Shown here: one piece after another, positions 40,206 to 53,394 of the stretch | How positions within the stretch are numbered: the stretch's first letter is position 1 | Layout of the letters: each line of letters opens with the position of its first letter | Origin: Octopus sinensis | Taxonomy: Eukaryota | Length of the DNA: 64,000 nt | Reading direction: 5' to 3' | Assembly: GCF_006345805.1 (NCBI RefSeq) | Contig: NC_042997.1 | Span: forward strand, 43,710,001 to 43,774,000 | Program-made: the position numbers and the translations under genes | Notes under the pieces: model-generated | What the model saw: the letters and a program-made list of their open reading frames with translations, nothing else | Database searches by the model: none | Told to the model about the DNA's origin: nothing

Positions 40206-40250
40206 TTGTTCAGCTTTAAGTCATCTTCAATAAAGCAAATCTACATTCAA

Positions 40251-40457
40251 CCCTTTAGCATTTAAACTGGTCATATTCTACTTGTTTTATGTTCAAACTG
40301 GCCAAATCTGGCCTTTCACACTTATCCTACAATGTTATTCTAAAAATAAATAATCACATCATTACAATCTTGAAACTTTGAGATAATGCATGTTTAATTC
40401 AAAATAATGTGAATGAGCAAGCATTACATTTGACAGAATAATCTGAATGCTAAAGGG
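40251..40457 (-). mobile_element. piggyBac-type MITE (family of 17643)
   Basis: CCCTTTAGCATT...AATGCTAAAGGG ends; TTAA flanks degenerate. Confidence 0.75.
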
Positions 40458-40670
40458 TAAACCATATCATCTCTTAGTGGGATATGGCTAGAGGGAATTT
40501 GGCTGGTAATAGAGAAGACATACTGCACAGAAATTTCCTCACTAACGCATATCACCAGGTGAAACTAAGTGTGCTTTGAAATTTTAAGATGTTCAGAAAA
40601 TATGAAAAATACAAACTGAAATTGTAAATAGAAGGTTGCAATGTGTGTATGTATTTATGATATACATGTT

Positions 40671-40744
<74 letters not shown>

Positions 40745-40751
<7 letters not shown>

Positions 40752-41034
40752 AATAGTAAAAAGTGAAAAAACTACAGAAGGCTTGTTTTAGAAGGTTAAA
40801 AAATATATATTTGAGTCATTATGTCTGAAGAATGATATAAATTTTTTTCATACAATGACATAATTTTTTAAGAAAGACCGGTTTCGCGTTCAGCTTTTCA
40901 AATTTCTTACATCATTATGTTTACGTTGAGAAGTGTGTTATAAATTTTTTTCATACATATTGACTCAAATATATATTTTTTAGCCTTCTAAAACAAGCCT
41001 TCTGTAGTTTTTTCACTTTTTACTATTTTCTATA
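40745..41034. mobile_element. 290-bp element with 74-bp terminal inverted repeats in a (TA)n context
   Basis: 40745-40818 and 40961-41034 are reverse complements with one mismatch. Confidence 0.85.
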
Positions 41035-41072
41035 TATTCAACCACGCGCTTTCACACACCAACTTTCTCACC

Positions 41073-41134
<62 letters not shown>

Positions 41135-41645
41135 AGTTATACTCCCTATAGTATTAGGGAGTATAACTCCAAACTTACAGGGAAAAATTCAATTTAGTAT
41201 TAAATCAAGTTTCACAATATATATATATGTGTGTGTGTGTGTTGTGTGTGTGGTTTAAAAGTTTGCTTCTTAACCACATGGTTTTAACTTTAGTCTCACT
41301 GTTTGGCATCTTGGCAAATGTCTTCTATAGCCCAGAGACTAACCAAAGTATTGTTATTGGACTGATTAGCTAGATGGGAAATGAAAGCCCGTTGTGTGTG
41401 TGTGTGTGTGTGTGTCAGTGTATTAGTTTACAATTACTTTTGCTTCCATGAAAGTCATGACCTGTGAACTGTGAGGTCACTTCTATCAACAAATCAGCTG
41501 CTCACTTCACGTGTGGAATAAGAGATCCCATACTTGAAAAAGGGAAGGGTCAGTGACAGGAAGGGATTGTACATGTAGAACAATGTTTCAATAACATTCA
41601 TGTAACCCTTACCAGCATGGAAAAGTGGACACAAAATAGATGAAG

Positions 41646-41676
<31 letters not shown>

Positions 41677-41772
41677 CAAATGGTGGTGCCCCAGCATGGC
41701 CACAGCTCGTGAGCTGAAACAAGATAAAAATTTTTTAAAAATTAAAAAAAACACACACATACATACATATAC

Positions 41773-42178
41773 ATACTCTTTTACTTGTTTCAGTCATTTG
41801 ACTGTGGCCATGCAGGAGCACTGCCTTTAGTCGAGCAAATCGACGTCAGGACTTATTCTTTGTAAGCCTAGTACTTATTCTATCAATCTCTTTTGCTGAA
41901 TCGCTAAGTTACGGGGACGTAAACACACCAGCATCAGTTGTCAAGCGATGATGGGGGGACAAACACAGACACACAAACATACACACACACACACACACAT
42001 ATATACATACATATATGATGGGCTTCTTTCAGTTTCCATCTACCAAATCTACTCACAAGGCTTTGGTCGGTCCGAGGCTATAGTAGAAGACACTTGCCCA
42101 AGGTACCATGCAATGGGACTGAATCCAGAACCATGTGGTTGGTAAGCAAGCTACTTACCACACAGTCACTTCTGTGCC
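41773..42178 (-). mobile_element. SINE family A
   Basis: Full reverse-complement copy. Confidence 0.88.
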
Positions 42179-42195
42179 TATACATATGTATATAT

Positions 42196-42515
42196 ATCAT
42201 CATCATCATCGTTTAACGTCCATTCTCCATGCTAGCATGGGTTGGACGGTTCGACCGGGGATCTGGGAAGCCAGAAGGCTGCACCAGGCTCCAGTCTTAT
42301 CTGGCAATGTTTCTACAGCTGGATGCCCTTCCTAACGCCAACCACTCCGTGATTGTAGTGGGTGCTTGTTACGTGCCACCTGCACTGGTGCCAGGCGAGG
42401 CTGGCATCGGCCACAGTCGGATTGGTGCATTTTACGTGCCACCTGTATGGAAGCCAGTCGAGGCGGGACTGGCTTCGCCCACGATTCGGATGGTGCTTTT
42501 TACGTGCCACCGACA
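42196..42515 (-). mobile_element. Family C
   Basis: (CAT)n tail, core and internal repeats; nearly identical to 57115 and 60591. Confidence 0.88.
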
Positions 42516-42538
42516 CGTATATATATATATATAGACAC

Positions 42539-42578
<40 letters not shown>

Positions 42579-43226
42579 GTGTGTGTGTGTGTGTGTGTAT
42601 TAATCAAAGTATACTGTTTTATAGATCTATTATGGTCAATTTTTGGTACCAGATATTAGGTAACTAAGCTGGTTTCGGAAAAATAGCAAACAGGTTTTTT
42701 TGACGGGGATTAGGCTTGTGCCCAAACCTTCAATCTGATGTGTGGTTGCATGTGTGCCTGTGCATATCTGGTCAAAACTCCGCTGGGTTCTCAAGATGTG
42801 ATGGTGGATGTTTATAATCAAGGTAGAGCCTCTCTCTCTTTCTGTTATAGTGACAATTAGCGAGGCAGGTGTTGTTGCCTCTGCATGAGCTTGTTTCCTG
42901 CTACTTGAGTTCATTTTTTTCACAGCACCCTATATTAAATGTGACACTTCTTTTCCTTCAGTAACAGAAGCAGTTACCATTTTCCCCATACTTGCCATCT
43001 CTGACGAGCACAGTGTTTTGCTAGCCCTCCAGTCACCTAATATCTGGTGCAAAATAAAATGCTAAGAGATTGGCTGTAATGAATCTGTAATATTGTATAC
43101 TTCGGTTAATAGACCCACATTTTTGACAAATATACTATTATACTATTATTTATTTTATTATGTTTCAGTCTTAAGGTTGTGGTCATACTGGGGCACTGTG
43201 ACTTACAGACTCTGAAGTGACTGTGT

Positions 43227-43276
<50 letters not shown>

Positions 43277-43423
43277 TGATTCATTCACTCAATGCTCTCC
43301 TATGCAGGGTCATTCCTTCCAGCAGAACCTCCTTCCACACATTCCTTGTTAGATGTTCTGCCATCTGCTGTTGTAAATGCAAATCCTGCACCTCCACATA
43401 TGTGAGAAACCCACCTTTTAGGT

Positions 43424-43840
43424 TATCATCATCATCATCATCATCATCGTTTAGCGTCCGTTTTCCATGCTAGCATGGGTTGGACGGTTCTACTGGGGTC
43501 TGTGAAGCCAGAAGGCTTCATCAGGCCCAGTCAAATCTGGCAGTGTTTCTACGGCTGGATGCCCTTCCTAACGCCAACCACTCCGTGAGTGTAGTGGGTG
43601 CTTTTTACGTGCCACCCGCACTGGTGCCAGACAGAGCTGGCAAACGGCCACGAACGGATGGTGCTTTTTATGTGCCACCGGCACGAGGGCCAGGCGAGGC
43701 TGGCAACGGACACGAAACGGGGCGGTGCTGGCAACGGTCGCGAAACGGAAAGTTCTCTTACATGCCACCGGCACTGGTAACACATCTGCAATTTCCATTG
43801 ATCGATTTCCATTGTAAATATCATCATCATCATCATCATC
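43424..43840 (-). mobile_element. Family C, ending about 120 bp before exon 2
   Basis: (CAT)n tail, core and several internal repeats. Confidence 0.85.
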
Positions 43841-43956
43841 TTAATTTAAGGGGAATTTTTTTGTTGAATGTTTATAATTAAAATTGTTTTTAATTTCAAA
43901 TATAAATTTCAAATGTCACTTTAATTTCAAATTGCAATTTTATTTTCTATCCTTAG

Positions 43957-44029
43957 GATAAGCAAGGTGTGGAACTTGGGCCCAAAGCTCTGAGAGATAA
44001 TGGTCTCATCACTTCTTTAGAAGATTTAG
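43957..44029 (+). CDS. arg: Arginase, coding exon 2 (DKQGVELGPKALRDNGLITSLEDLG)
   Basis: Acceptor ttttctatccttAG, donor G|GTATGG; 73 nt, the same length and phase as vertebrate ARG1/ARG2 exon 2; GVE.GP..LR..GL motif; joins exon 1 in frame. Confidence 0.93.
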
Positions 44030-44676
44030 GTATGGGTATAACTTTAATAATTTCATTGATATTTTTCGTCTATTTCATGTAAATAAATGTAATACCATCT
44101 CAAGAAAGCTTTGAAAATGTCTCATCAATAAAATTTCATCATCATCATCATCATCATCACTTTCATGTCTACTTTTCCATGCTTGCATGGGTTCAGCAGA
44201 TTTTCTGTAGCTGGATGCCCTTCCTGGTGCCAACCCTCACCTGTTTCCTAGCAAAGTGATATTTCTCACAACTAGAATTTCTGTAGTCAGGTGCCCTTCT
44301 TGTCACCAAACCTCACCCCTCTCCAAATAAGGTAATGTTTTCCATGGTTAGACATGTTCTCAAAGAAGATTGGAGACAAAGGATACCACTTGTTTGCTGG
44401 TGTTGCTCATTTTCAACCATCATGTAATGATAAGACAAAGAGAAACTTACACATGCATCCAACATATATGACAAACTTCTTTCAGTCTCCATCTACCAAA
44501 TTAACTCACAAGGATTTGGTCAGCCTAGGACTATAGTAGAAAACACTTATCCAACTTGCCATGCAGTGGGACTGAACCTGAAACTCTATGACTTGGAAGC
44601 AAATTTCATATCCACGCAGTCACAGCTGCATCTTTTAAAGATTTAAAGTGTTTTAATGCAAGTGTAACATATTTAT

Positions 44677-45060
44677 GTAGAGGCGCAATGGCCCAGTGGT
44701 TAGGGCAGCGGACTCGCGGGCGTAGGATCGCGGTTTCGATTCCCAGACCGGGCGTTGTGAGTGTTTATTGAGCGAAAACACCTAAAGCTCCACGAGGCTC
44801 CGGCAGGGGATGGTGGTGATCTCTGCTGTACTCTTTCACCACAACTTTCTCTCACTCTTACTTCCTGTTTCTGTTGTACCTGTATTTCAAAGGGCCGGCC
44901 TTGTCACTCTCTGTGTCACGCTGAATATCCCTGAGAACTACATTAAGGGTACACGTGTCTGTGGAGTGCTCAGCCACTTACACGTTAATTTCACGAGCAG
45001 GCTGTTTTGTTGATTCGGATCAACCGGAACCCTCATCGTCGTAACCGACGGAGTGCTTCC
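44677..45060 (+). mobile_element. SINE family B
   Basis: Full copy; 13-bp TSD aacatatttatgt at 44666 and 45061. Confidence 0.93.
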
Positions 45061-45848
45061 AACATATTTATGTTTTCTAAGATTGGTGAGGTAGACTTAC
45101 AGCCATCTTAAAATTGCTTGTGCTCAATGTGGAGCAGTGGCTCTCAACCATATTTCACCTAAGGATCCTGTTGATTCCTATTTTATCTGTATGGACTCTT
45201 GTAGCCATTTGATTTTTAAAAAAATCATTTTATACTTTTATAACTGAATATTATTAGGAATTGTATAAAAAAAAAAATTGTTAAAATATTTTATGTATTG
45301 TAGAAGTATAACCAGTTTATTGCTCATAAGCTTTAACAACATAATCTCATATAGACCCCAGTTGAGAAAAACTGCTCTAGAGAGTTCCTTCTCTAATCCA
45401 GATGAAATTTGAAAGTTAGTAAAAAACAGAACCCAAGTAATTATAGTTGTGTTTACGGTAAGGAAAGTAGTGATGATGATGATGATCATTATCATCATCC
45501 TTTCAATGTCAACTTTTCCATGTATGTATGGGTCACACACTGGATTTAATATAATCAACTATGACTTTGACTGCCATGCCCCAGAATGGTCATAATTCAA
45601 TGGGAAATCAGCAGAAAGAGTAAAGCAAAAAATAAACTGCAAAAGAAAACAAAATGTTATTATACTAAGTCAATATTGGTTTTACTACATGAATTTCAAA
45701 TATGATAAATTAACAGAAATTTATTTTGATCAGGGAAAAAATTATTATAATTGGTGAATGTATACTTTTAGCTTTTTTCACTTGTTTCAGTCAAGTATCA
45801 GGCTGGGACACCACCTTGAAGGGTTTTGTCAAACAAATCAACTTCATA

Positions 45849-46036
45849 CAGTTCTATGGTTAAGAGATGAAAAATTATGTACAATATTTACATTTGATGG
45901 ATATTTGTCCTCATCTTGTTTGTTGTTGACACAATGTTTCGGCTGATGTACCCTCCAGCCTTCATCAGATGTCTTGGGGAAAGTTTGAACCTGGGTTCTC
46001 ATTCCTAAGGTATTTTTCGATGTTGTTATTATTATT

Positions 46037-46074
<38 letters not shown>

Positions 46075-46225
46075 TAACAACATCAAACAATATCTTAGGA
46101 ATGAGAACCCAGGTTCAAACTTTCCCCAAGACATCAGATGAAAGTTGGAGGGTATATCAGCCGAAACATTGTGTTAACAACAAACAAGATGAGGACAAAT
46201 ATCTGTCAAATGTAAATAATGTAAA
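45849..46225. mobile_element. Head-to-head inverted dimer of family D joined by (TAT)n/(AAT)n
   Basis: About 45885-46030 and 46075-46220 are reverse complements. Confidence 0.88.
45928..45973 (-). ncRNA. Putative minimal type I hammerhead ribozyme fold (Penelope-like)
   Basis: Reverse complement GACAU-CUGAUGA-A-GGCUG-gaggguacau-CAGCC-GAAAC-AUU-GUGUC: intact core boxes, 5-bp stem I and 5-bp stem II, helix III reduced to a decayed palindrome. Confidence 0.6.
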
Positions 46226-46876
46226 TCAATCTCAGTACTTATTTTATTCTATCAGTCCTTTTTACTGAATTGCTAAGTAACAGAGATGTAAACAAACCAG
46301 TTTGCCTTGACAAGTGATGGTGGACACACATATACAATGTCTCTGTCTACACAACTCACTCACAAGGCATTGGTCTGCCTGGGGCTATAGTAAAAGACAT
46401 TTGCCCAAGGTGCTGTATTATGGAACTGAACCTGAAGCCACATGGTTAGGGAGTGACCTTCTTAACCACATAACCTGAGTCTGTGGTTGGTACCTGCTAA
46501 AGTTGTACTTTAATGAGGTGTTCTTTTATCTTCATATTTATAAGTAAATGTATTTTTTATTGGTTTTGACAATGAGTATCATAGTTGTTAATCAACTGGA
46601 CAGCCTGCTCATTGAATTGGTTTGTTAAGTGGCTGAGTATTCCAGACACATGTACCCTTTATATCATTCACAAGTAGAGTCAGTATAAATGTGATGAAGC
46701 TCAATTTTTGAATTGCAGATCCAGTTCACTTGACAGGCTTCTGTACAGTTTCCATTTACCCAAATTCACTCACAGCCCAACACATTACAGTGTGAGACTG
46801 AACCCTAGACCTCATTTGAGATTGAACCTTAGACCTTTCAGATATGTTTGTGCCCTCATTGAATCTTTATCTTTAA

Positions 46877-47095
46877 CCCTTCAGCATTCATATTATTCTA
46901 TCAAATATAATGCTTATTCATTCACATTGTTTTGAATTAATATGCCTTATCTCATAGCTTTGAGATTTTAATGTTGGGATCGTTTGTTTTTAGAATGACA
47001 TTGTAGGATAAGTCTGAGAGGTTGGATCTGACTAGTTTGAACATAAAACCAGTAAAAAACCAGGGCTGGATAAGGCCTTTTTAAATGCCAAAGGT
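46877..47095 (+). mobile_element. piggyBac-type MITE (family of 17643), diverged
   Basis: TTAA|CCCTTCAGCATT...AATGCCAAAGGT|TTAA. Confidence 0.7.
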
Positions 47096-47518
47096 TTAAT
47101 GTAATCTTCAGGGAGAACAAGTGTGACATGATAGTGTCTAGCGAGGCTGGTCCTTGGAATCCCAAGAACTGCCTCTTCCTACAACCTTCCCTACAGTCAC
47201 TGTTTACATAATTTCAATGCTGGTCCTTTGAATTGCAAGAACTGCTCCATCTTACAGCCTTCCATTCAATTTCTGTCAGCATCATTTCAACAGGTGTGTT
47301 TGAGACTATGATAGGTAACATTTGCACCTGGAACATCATTATTGCAAAGCAAACTTCTAGACATAATAATACCCTTGTATGACACCTGGAATGATTAGTA
47401 CCAAGCTTCAAAGGGACAAATGAGGGAAGGTTAGAAATAAACATTGTTGGTTGGCATCCTTTCTGTCTCGGGAGACAATGGAGTTGCGCACAAAGTAGTC
47501 TAGTCCGGCTTTTATATT

Positions 47519-47800
47519 TCATGTCCTGATACATTTCCTGCTGTGGCTGTGTAGTCCTATCCTGGACAAACACTCCCTCTGGCAGGTACTGCAAATGTAG
47601 CGAAGACTGTTCCCGGCTGGTTGTAATGTCATAGTTTCTTGTTGACGTCTCTTCCTTTCTTTCCATTTCTCCTTTCTCTCTCTCTCACTCCTTTGTATTC
47701 CCTCTTTTACGGTACGTCGCCAATCTCCACGGTTGCTGGCAACTGCCTCCCAACCGCTAATATTCATGTCTAAATTATGTCTAAATCGTTGCAGGCCTTC
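47519..47800 (-). mobile_element. RTE LINE ORF C-terminus with zinc-finger motif
   Basis: WEAVASNRGDWRRTVKEG...CSTCQRECLSRIGLHSHSRKC is the typical RTE C-terminal C2H-type motif. Confidence 0.8.
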
Positions 47801-49362
47801 ATGTCCCATTATGGGTATATATAATAGACAACACATACATCAAAGTATACCTAACTTATATCAATTGTTTCTAACTGAATATTAGATAGTTGCTGATCTC
47901 GCTTATGCTAATGTAATGCATGTGGTTTCATTTACCACTGATTCATTCACCACTGATCAGGGATAGCATGGTATGTTCAATTGTGAATCATGTTATGCTT
48001 ATCACAGATTGATGTCATAACACCAGTTGGTGATTAGTCAAAGATTCTGCTTGTACTGCAGAAGTATGCCCTGGCAACCATCCACAATGTTCAGCTACCC
48101 ACGATGCGGCGCTGACTACCACTTGTGTTTCTATTGCTATGCTCCAAATCTACATACTTTTTATACTGATTTATGTACTTGTACGTATCAACATGGGACC
48201 AGTGAGCAGAAAAATACGTTGCCATTTGATCCTAACAAATGATGCAGATGAGTATTTTCTACATGAAAAGGTAGGACTGATCAAGAAAAACTATAATGTT
48301 AGAAGCTTTGCTGCTGTGGTCGGCAAGTTTGATACCAGTGAATCTACTATTCATTCCATTTACAAAGTGCACAGAGATTATTTATTTATCACTGTGTTGT
48401 TTGGAGCCAAAACCTCATGATAAACAGGGATAGATGTACTAGAAACAAGGGTGTCTCTTGACAATGACCTCACTTTTTTGTTTTCCATTCTATATTCTTT
48501 TCCATTCCAAAGGCATTGCCATTATGTTTTATTTTGGTGACTGAAATGATTAGAACATTCATAAATTTTTATATGTTTATTCTTCCTTGTTAGGCTTACT
48601 CTCTCATATTCTGTGAGTGTGTGTATGTGGGCCCAGCAAAATTCACTTGAAATGGAATATGGAACATATGATGTCATATAGATTAGATCTGACATGAATG
48701 TCATTCTCTATAAGAAGTATATATTTTTAAGTACTTTCTTGCAAAATAATGCTTTCTACAATGGGGAAGAGTTAGTTGATTACATCGATCCCAGTTCCAA
48801 ACTGGTACTTATTTTATTGATCCAAAATGGATGAAAGGTAAAGTTAAACTCAGAGTCTAATACTAAGTATTTTTGTCCAGTATACTAATGATTCTGCCTT
48901 ACTTTCTGGCAAATTAGTAAAACCATTTTAATAACATTGTTATTAGTCTTTTTTATAAAAGTATTTCTTTGACATTTAACAAGCACATGTCAGGTCAGGC
49001 TTGATCAGACTTACAATCAAAAGTATTTTTACAAGGACCACAGTTTTTTTGTCCTAGACATATTGAGGAATGATGATGATGATAAGTCAAACCACTTTAT
49101 CCAAAGTGTTTTCCTTTTTGTTCTTTTAAAGATAATAATAATGGGGTGTGAAACGAAGGGGATTTAGCTATTATTACTTGAAGTTTGAGTGACTACATAA
49201 AGTTCTCTCATTTGTGTGACAACTACATGATTTTCATATCATTAAACATCATCATTTTTATATCTGTCTGCATAGGTTGGAGAGGTTCTTTTCTATCACA
49301 GCATCCCACCACTTGTTCTTTCCTTTGTTATTTCCATTTTGTTATTTCGTATTGCTTTGTAG

Positions 49363-49469
49363 GTCACAGAATAAATGACTATGGGAATATTGAGTTTGAG
49401 AATATTGAAGAAGATGATAAACAGCCTCTTATTAAAAATGGACAGTTTTTGAGTCATGCAAGTAAAAAG
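49363..49469 (+). CDS. arg: Arginase, coding exon 3 (GHRINDYGNIEFENIEEDDKQPLIKNGQFLSHASKK)
   Basis: Acceptor ttgctttgtAG in phase 1, completing the Gly codon from exon 2; donor AAG|GTAAAT; similar to arginase CHLKDFGDLSF...IVNPRSVGLANQEL; read-through hits a stop after 3 codons. Confidence 0.85.
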
Positions 49470-49524
49470 GTAAATCTTTAGAGTTTTCATTCCTATTTAG
49501 AAATTTAATTATCAGGAAACTTAA

Positions 49525-49765
49525 CCCTTTCACTGTGGAAATCAGATATATCCACTTGAAATTTCATTACCCTTAACCGTAGAAAGCAGTTTAATATATC
49601 AGTTTATCTTTTGTTGAGGTGTGTCATGTTTGAAACTGTTTTTTGTTGAGATATATCAAGTTTACTGAGGCAACATGACTTGCAGAAAATACCAATTCTA
49701 TTCTTTGGTAGATATTTAACATCGTTTTTGGAATAACCATTAAACTCAATTTCGCAGTTAAAGGG
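49525..49765. mobile_element. piggyBac-type MITE, third family, 55 bp after the exon 3 donor
   Basis: TTAA|CCCTTTCACTGTGGAA...TTCGCAGTTAAAGGG|TTAA. Confidence 0.7.
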
Positions 49766-51904
49766 TTAATTAATTCTGTATTTTAATTGCTTTTAGTATT
49801 AACTAACAGTTTTTCTTAGATTTAATATTGCTATTCTCATTGAATTCATCTGAAACTGTTGTTTTGAGTGCAGCTGTCGCTATAAACTTTGAAATAATAA
49901 ACTACTATTCACACATTTATACAAGCTCTCCTACCCGCTAACAAGGCTTTATTGCTGTACTCTTATACTCTAACAAAGTTTTATTACTGCAATGTTATTG
50001 GATATTATTTTAATAAGCAGCAAACATACCATCATATCTTTGTGGTTAGTGCAACTTGTGTCATTACTAATACAGTAGAATCTTTCAAAGCTAAATTATA
50101 TTCTATATTGTCAGTGGTTGGTTACAATAATACATGATTGATTTCATTTGGCCAAAATCTGTAGTTTATGGGGAATGTATTATGTGAGGAGTTCTTTAAA
50201 ATATATAACTGTATGAATAACATTGTTGTGTTATATTTATCTCTGTCCATAATCATGCTGTGTACAGAATATATTTTGTGTGATACTGAAATGTTTAGGG
50301 AGCTAGCTCTATTGAACTGTATTAAAAACACTATCCATTAAAGAAATGTTAGATGTTATTTCTCTTATATGCCAGTGTGTCAGATATGTAAGGCAAGTGA
50401 AACATTGTTAGAGGATGTAGCCTAGAGCTAAGCTTTCATTCCTGATCAGATGATAATTATTTATTGTTCTGCTGTCTTTCAGAAAACATGTCTACTCCAA
50501 AGTGCCATTTCTTTTCTTAATTCTCAAAACTATCTTTATGAGTGATATAGTTTGTTGCTTTTGATGTTAATATAATCTTTTGAAATGCAAACATTCTCCA
50601 CTCAGGCTTATGTATCAGGTGTATATAAGAGTAATTAAGAGGCTCTTTTCACATGCTGTGTGGCAAGTGCAGAGCAAACCAACAAAGCTGATGATTGCTG
50701 TAACAAAGCCAATAAATAAATAGGGTAAAATAAAAATAAATAATAGAAAAAAAATGAAGTTTAAAACGGTGAAAACTGATGACCTGTTTGGCTTTTAACT
50801 AATAAAAAATGTCAAATTTCATACTCAAGTTATTTGGGTAATGTTTTTCTTCTCTCATTCAAATGCTGTAATGCAACAAATGTCATACTGAATGAGTGTA
50901 GAATTAATTTAATATCCTTTTTCTACTCTTCTTTTAGCTAAAACAACCATAGGAAATCGGTAGTTTGGTTTTAGAGTGCTATAATTACTTTTCATGGAGA
51001 GGTTAAGTGCCTAGTTTGCTTTTATCTATGCTTTGCAATTGCTATTATGTAAATATCCATGCACATAAATCAGCATTGAATTGTCCAAGTAGAGGAAAGT
51101 ACTGAATTATTTATATGTACTGAAATTATATGAATTTATATAAATTTATTTATATGTACTGAAATCCGAGAACAAATTTCACATTTGTATAATTTGTACT
51201 AATTTGTCTATAAAAATGTGGTTAATCGGATTTATTACAATTGCTGTCTAAAATACATTGCAAAAGTTCACACATGCTAAACAATAGAAAAATCAAATTC
51301 AGAAGTGACCTTTGAATATTACTGGTATTACTGGTTAAAAGTGATCGTGTAACTTTATTGGCAAGCATGTGGAGTTACAGTTGTCAACCTTTAGTTAAAG
51401 AAGGATATTACAGCATAATGCAGAATGTAAACACTTAGCAAATGCTTTCATCTAGGTACTTTCATGAAACTGTATTAGAATCAAAATAAACATTTATAAA
51501 TTGATTTTGATCCACTTTTATTTAAAATGTTTTTATAATATCTACACATTGGTTTTATGAACAAGTCATCATGGCCATTTTGCAGACATGAAACTGTCCA
51601 TTTCAGTTCATGAATTGCTGAAATGAATTTCTGAGTAGCTACAAGCTGTTCATGGATACTTGTAAGCTTTCTTAACCTTTGTTCTAAAAGCCATGCAAGT
51701 GATATGTTCATTCATGTGTGATTCCTCTGCCCAAATATATAAATTTTTCTCTTGAGTTCTCAGACCAGGAGACAGTTTAGCACATTTTGTTTTGACATTT
51801 TCTCGAGTGTTTCTTTTTGTTTCCATCAATCCCTTACTCATTTTCCAACGTACAAAATTATCTCTTAGCATTACAATTTCCATGTTCTTCAGCATATTTA
51901 TTTT

Positions 51905-52236
51905 ATTCTTTTATTCTTTTACTTGTTTCAGTCATTTGACTGTGGCCATGCTGGAGCACCACCTTTTTAGTCCAGGACTTATTCTTTGTAAGCCTAGTAC
52001 TTATTTTATCGGTCTCTTTTGCTGAACTGCTAAGTTACGGGGGGGGACAAACACAAACACACACATACATATATATATATATACATACGACAGGCTTCTT
52101 TCAGTTTCCGTCTACCAAATCCACTCACAAGGCTTTGGTCGGCCCGAGTCTATAGTAGAAGACACTTACCCAAGGTGCCACGCAGTGAGACTGAACCTGG
52201 AACCATGTGGTTTGTAAGCAAGCTACTTACCACACT
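51905..52236 (-). mobile_element. SINE family A with internal deletions
   Basis: Reverse-complement tail and head; two internal segments missing. Confidence 0.85.
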
Positions 52237-52408
52237 GCATGGTTGCTCTTAAATACAAAGACCCTCCCTGATGAAGAATGTACCCCACAACATAGACTAG
52301 TTATTAGTGACTTTAGACTTGAGGTCAGAAGGATGCCAAAAAGCAGACCAATCTGGAAAAGAAGGACTTAGAAGCTTAAGAACCCTTCACATGGTCAGAG
52401 ATTTAGTT
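52237..52408 (+). repeat. Short RTE LINE fragment duplicating about 53668-53838
   Basis: gcatggttgctcttaaatacaaagaccc...cacatggtcagagattt occurs at both loci. Confidence 0.9.
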
Positions 52409-53394
52409 GAACAAAATTTTAAACCAACCTCAAAACTTTATCTCCTGCCTTCAGTACTAATAATTTAGATTTCAGTAATTTTTTCTATCATAAATGCAGT
52501 GAAATCTTTGCAACACTTCTGCAAACAAATCTGTGTGTATATAGGTGAAACATTTAGACAGGTATGAGTAAGTGTAACATGCGTATTATCATAGATACTT
52601 TTATATCTTGTTACAAAATTAAATTCCCCATAAGCAGTTGTTTTTTTCCAGACATGTTATCAACATTCTGTGTTTATTTACAAAGCTCATTCATGTAGAC
52701 TGCAGAAGGCCATATATTTAATCATCTGCTAATAGCTTACTCTCAGTTTGTTTGTATATGTTTGTTTGTGTTAAGTTGTCTGTGTTACTATGTGCTGCAA
52801 ATTTGAATCTAGATCAAGGTTCAGTATGTAAGCTGTAGGAGACTTTTCACAGCTTTGTTTTAAAAACAGTGCAACTTTGCTATTAGCATATTACTATCAT
52901 GTTATCACTATTACAGAAAAGTCTTATATCATTGTAGTGATGAGTTGGCCTATTTCCAGTACTGTTGTTTTTTTTTTGGTTATTAAAAAAAAGCAACTTT
53001 ATTAGTAAAATTGAGTTGTCCCAAGAGAGGCTTCACTTTTCTGTGCTATGTTCTCAATAAACAACCCTATGTAGGACTCCTCACTTACTGATGTTCTATG
53101 TGTGTGTGTATTTTATTTCCTATTGTCACTACACTCTCAATATGTTCTTAGGGAACGGCTGAAATTGAAAAACACAACCATAGATGTGTGAGAGCCAGTT
53201 AATAGGTGCATTCCACCTGTGCATCACAAGAGAATTTGGATAACCTGCAAGAAATATTTGAAATGCAGAATTAAACACATTAATATAGCAATCCTTGAGT
53301 TTAGAATATCACTTTCCTTTTTTTGTAACTCAGATTAAAACCATTTCAATTTTGAAATCAAATCTGTTGTTAGCTTGAAATATTTTGTTTTGCT

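Noticed and set aside
43003-43030. CTGACGAG as another hammerhead core
   Set aside because: No downstream stem II or GAAA.
962-43956. Nested protein-coding gene in the large arginase intron (as elav is nested in Drosophila arg)
   Set aside because: No ORF or exon set with recognisable host-protein similarity was seen; small exons could still be missed.
49820-49900. Candidate arginase exon 4 (SETVVLSAAV...)
   Set aside because: No GGDH motif and no convincing donor site.
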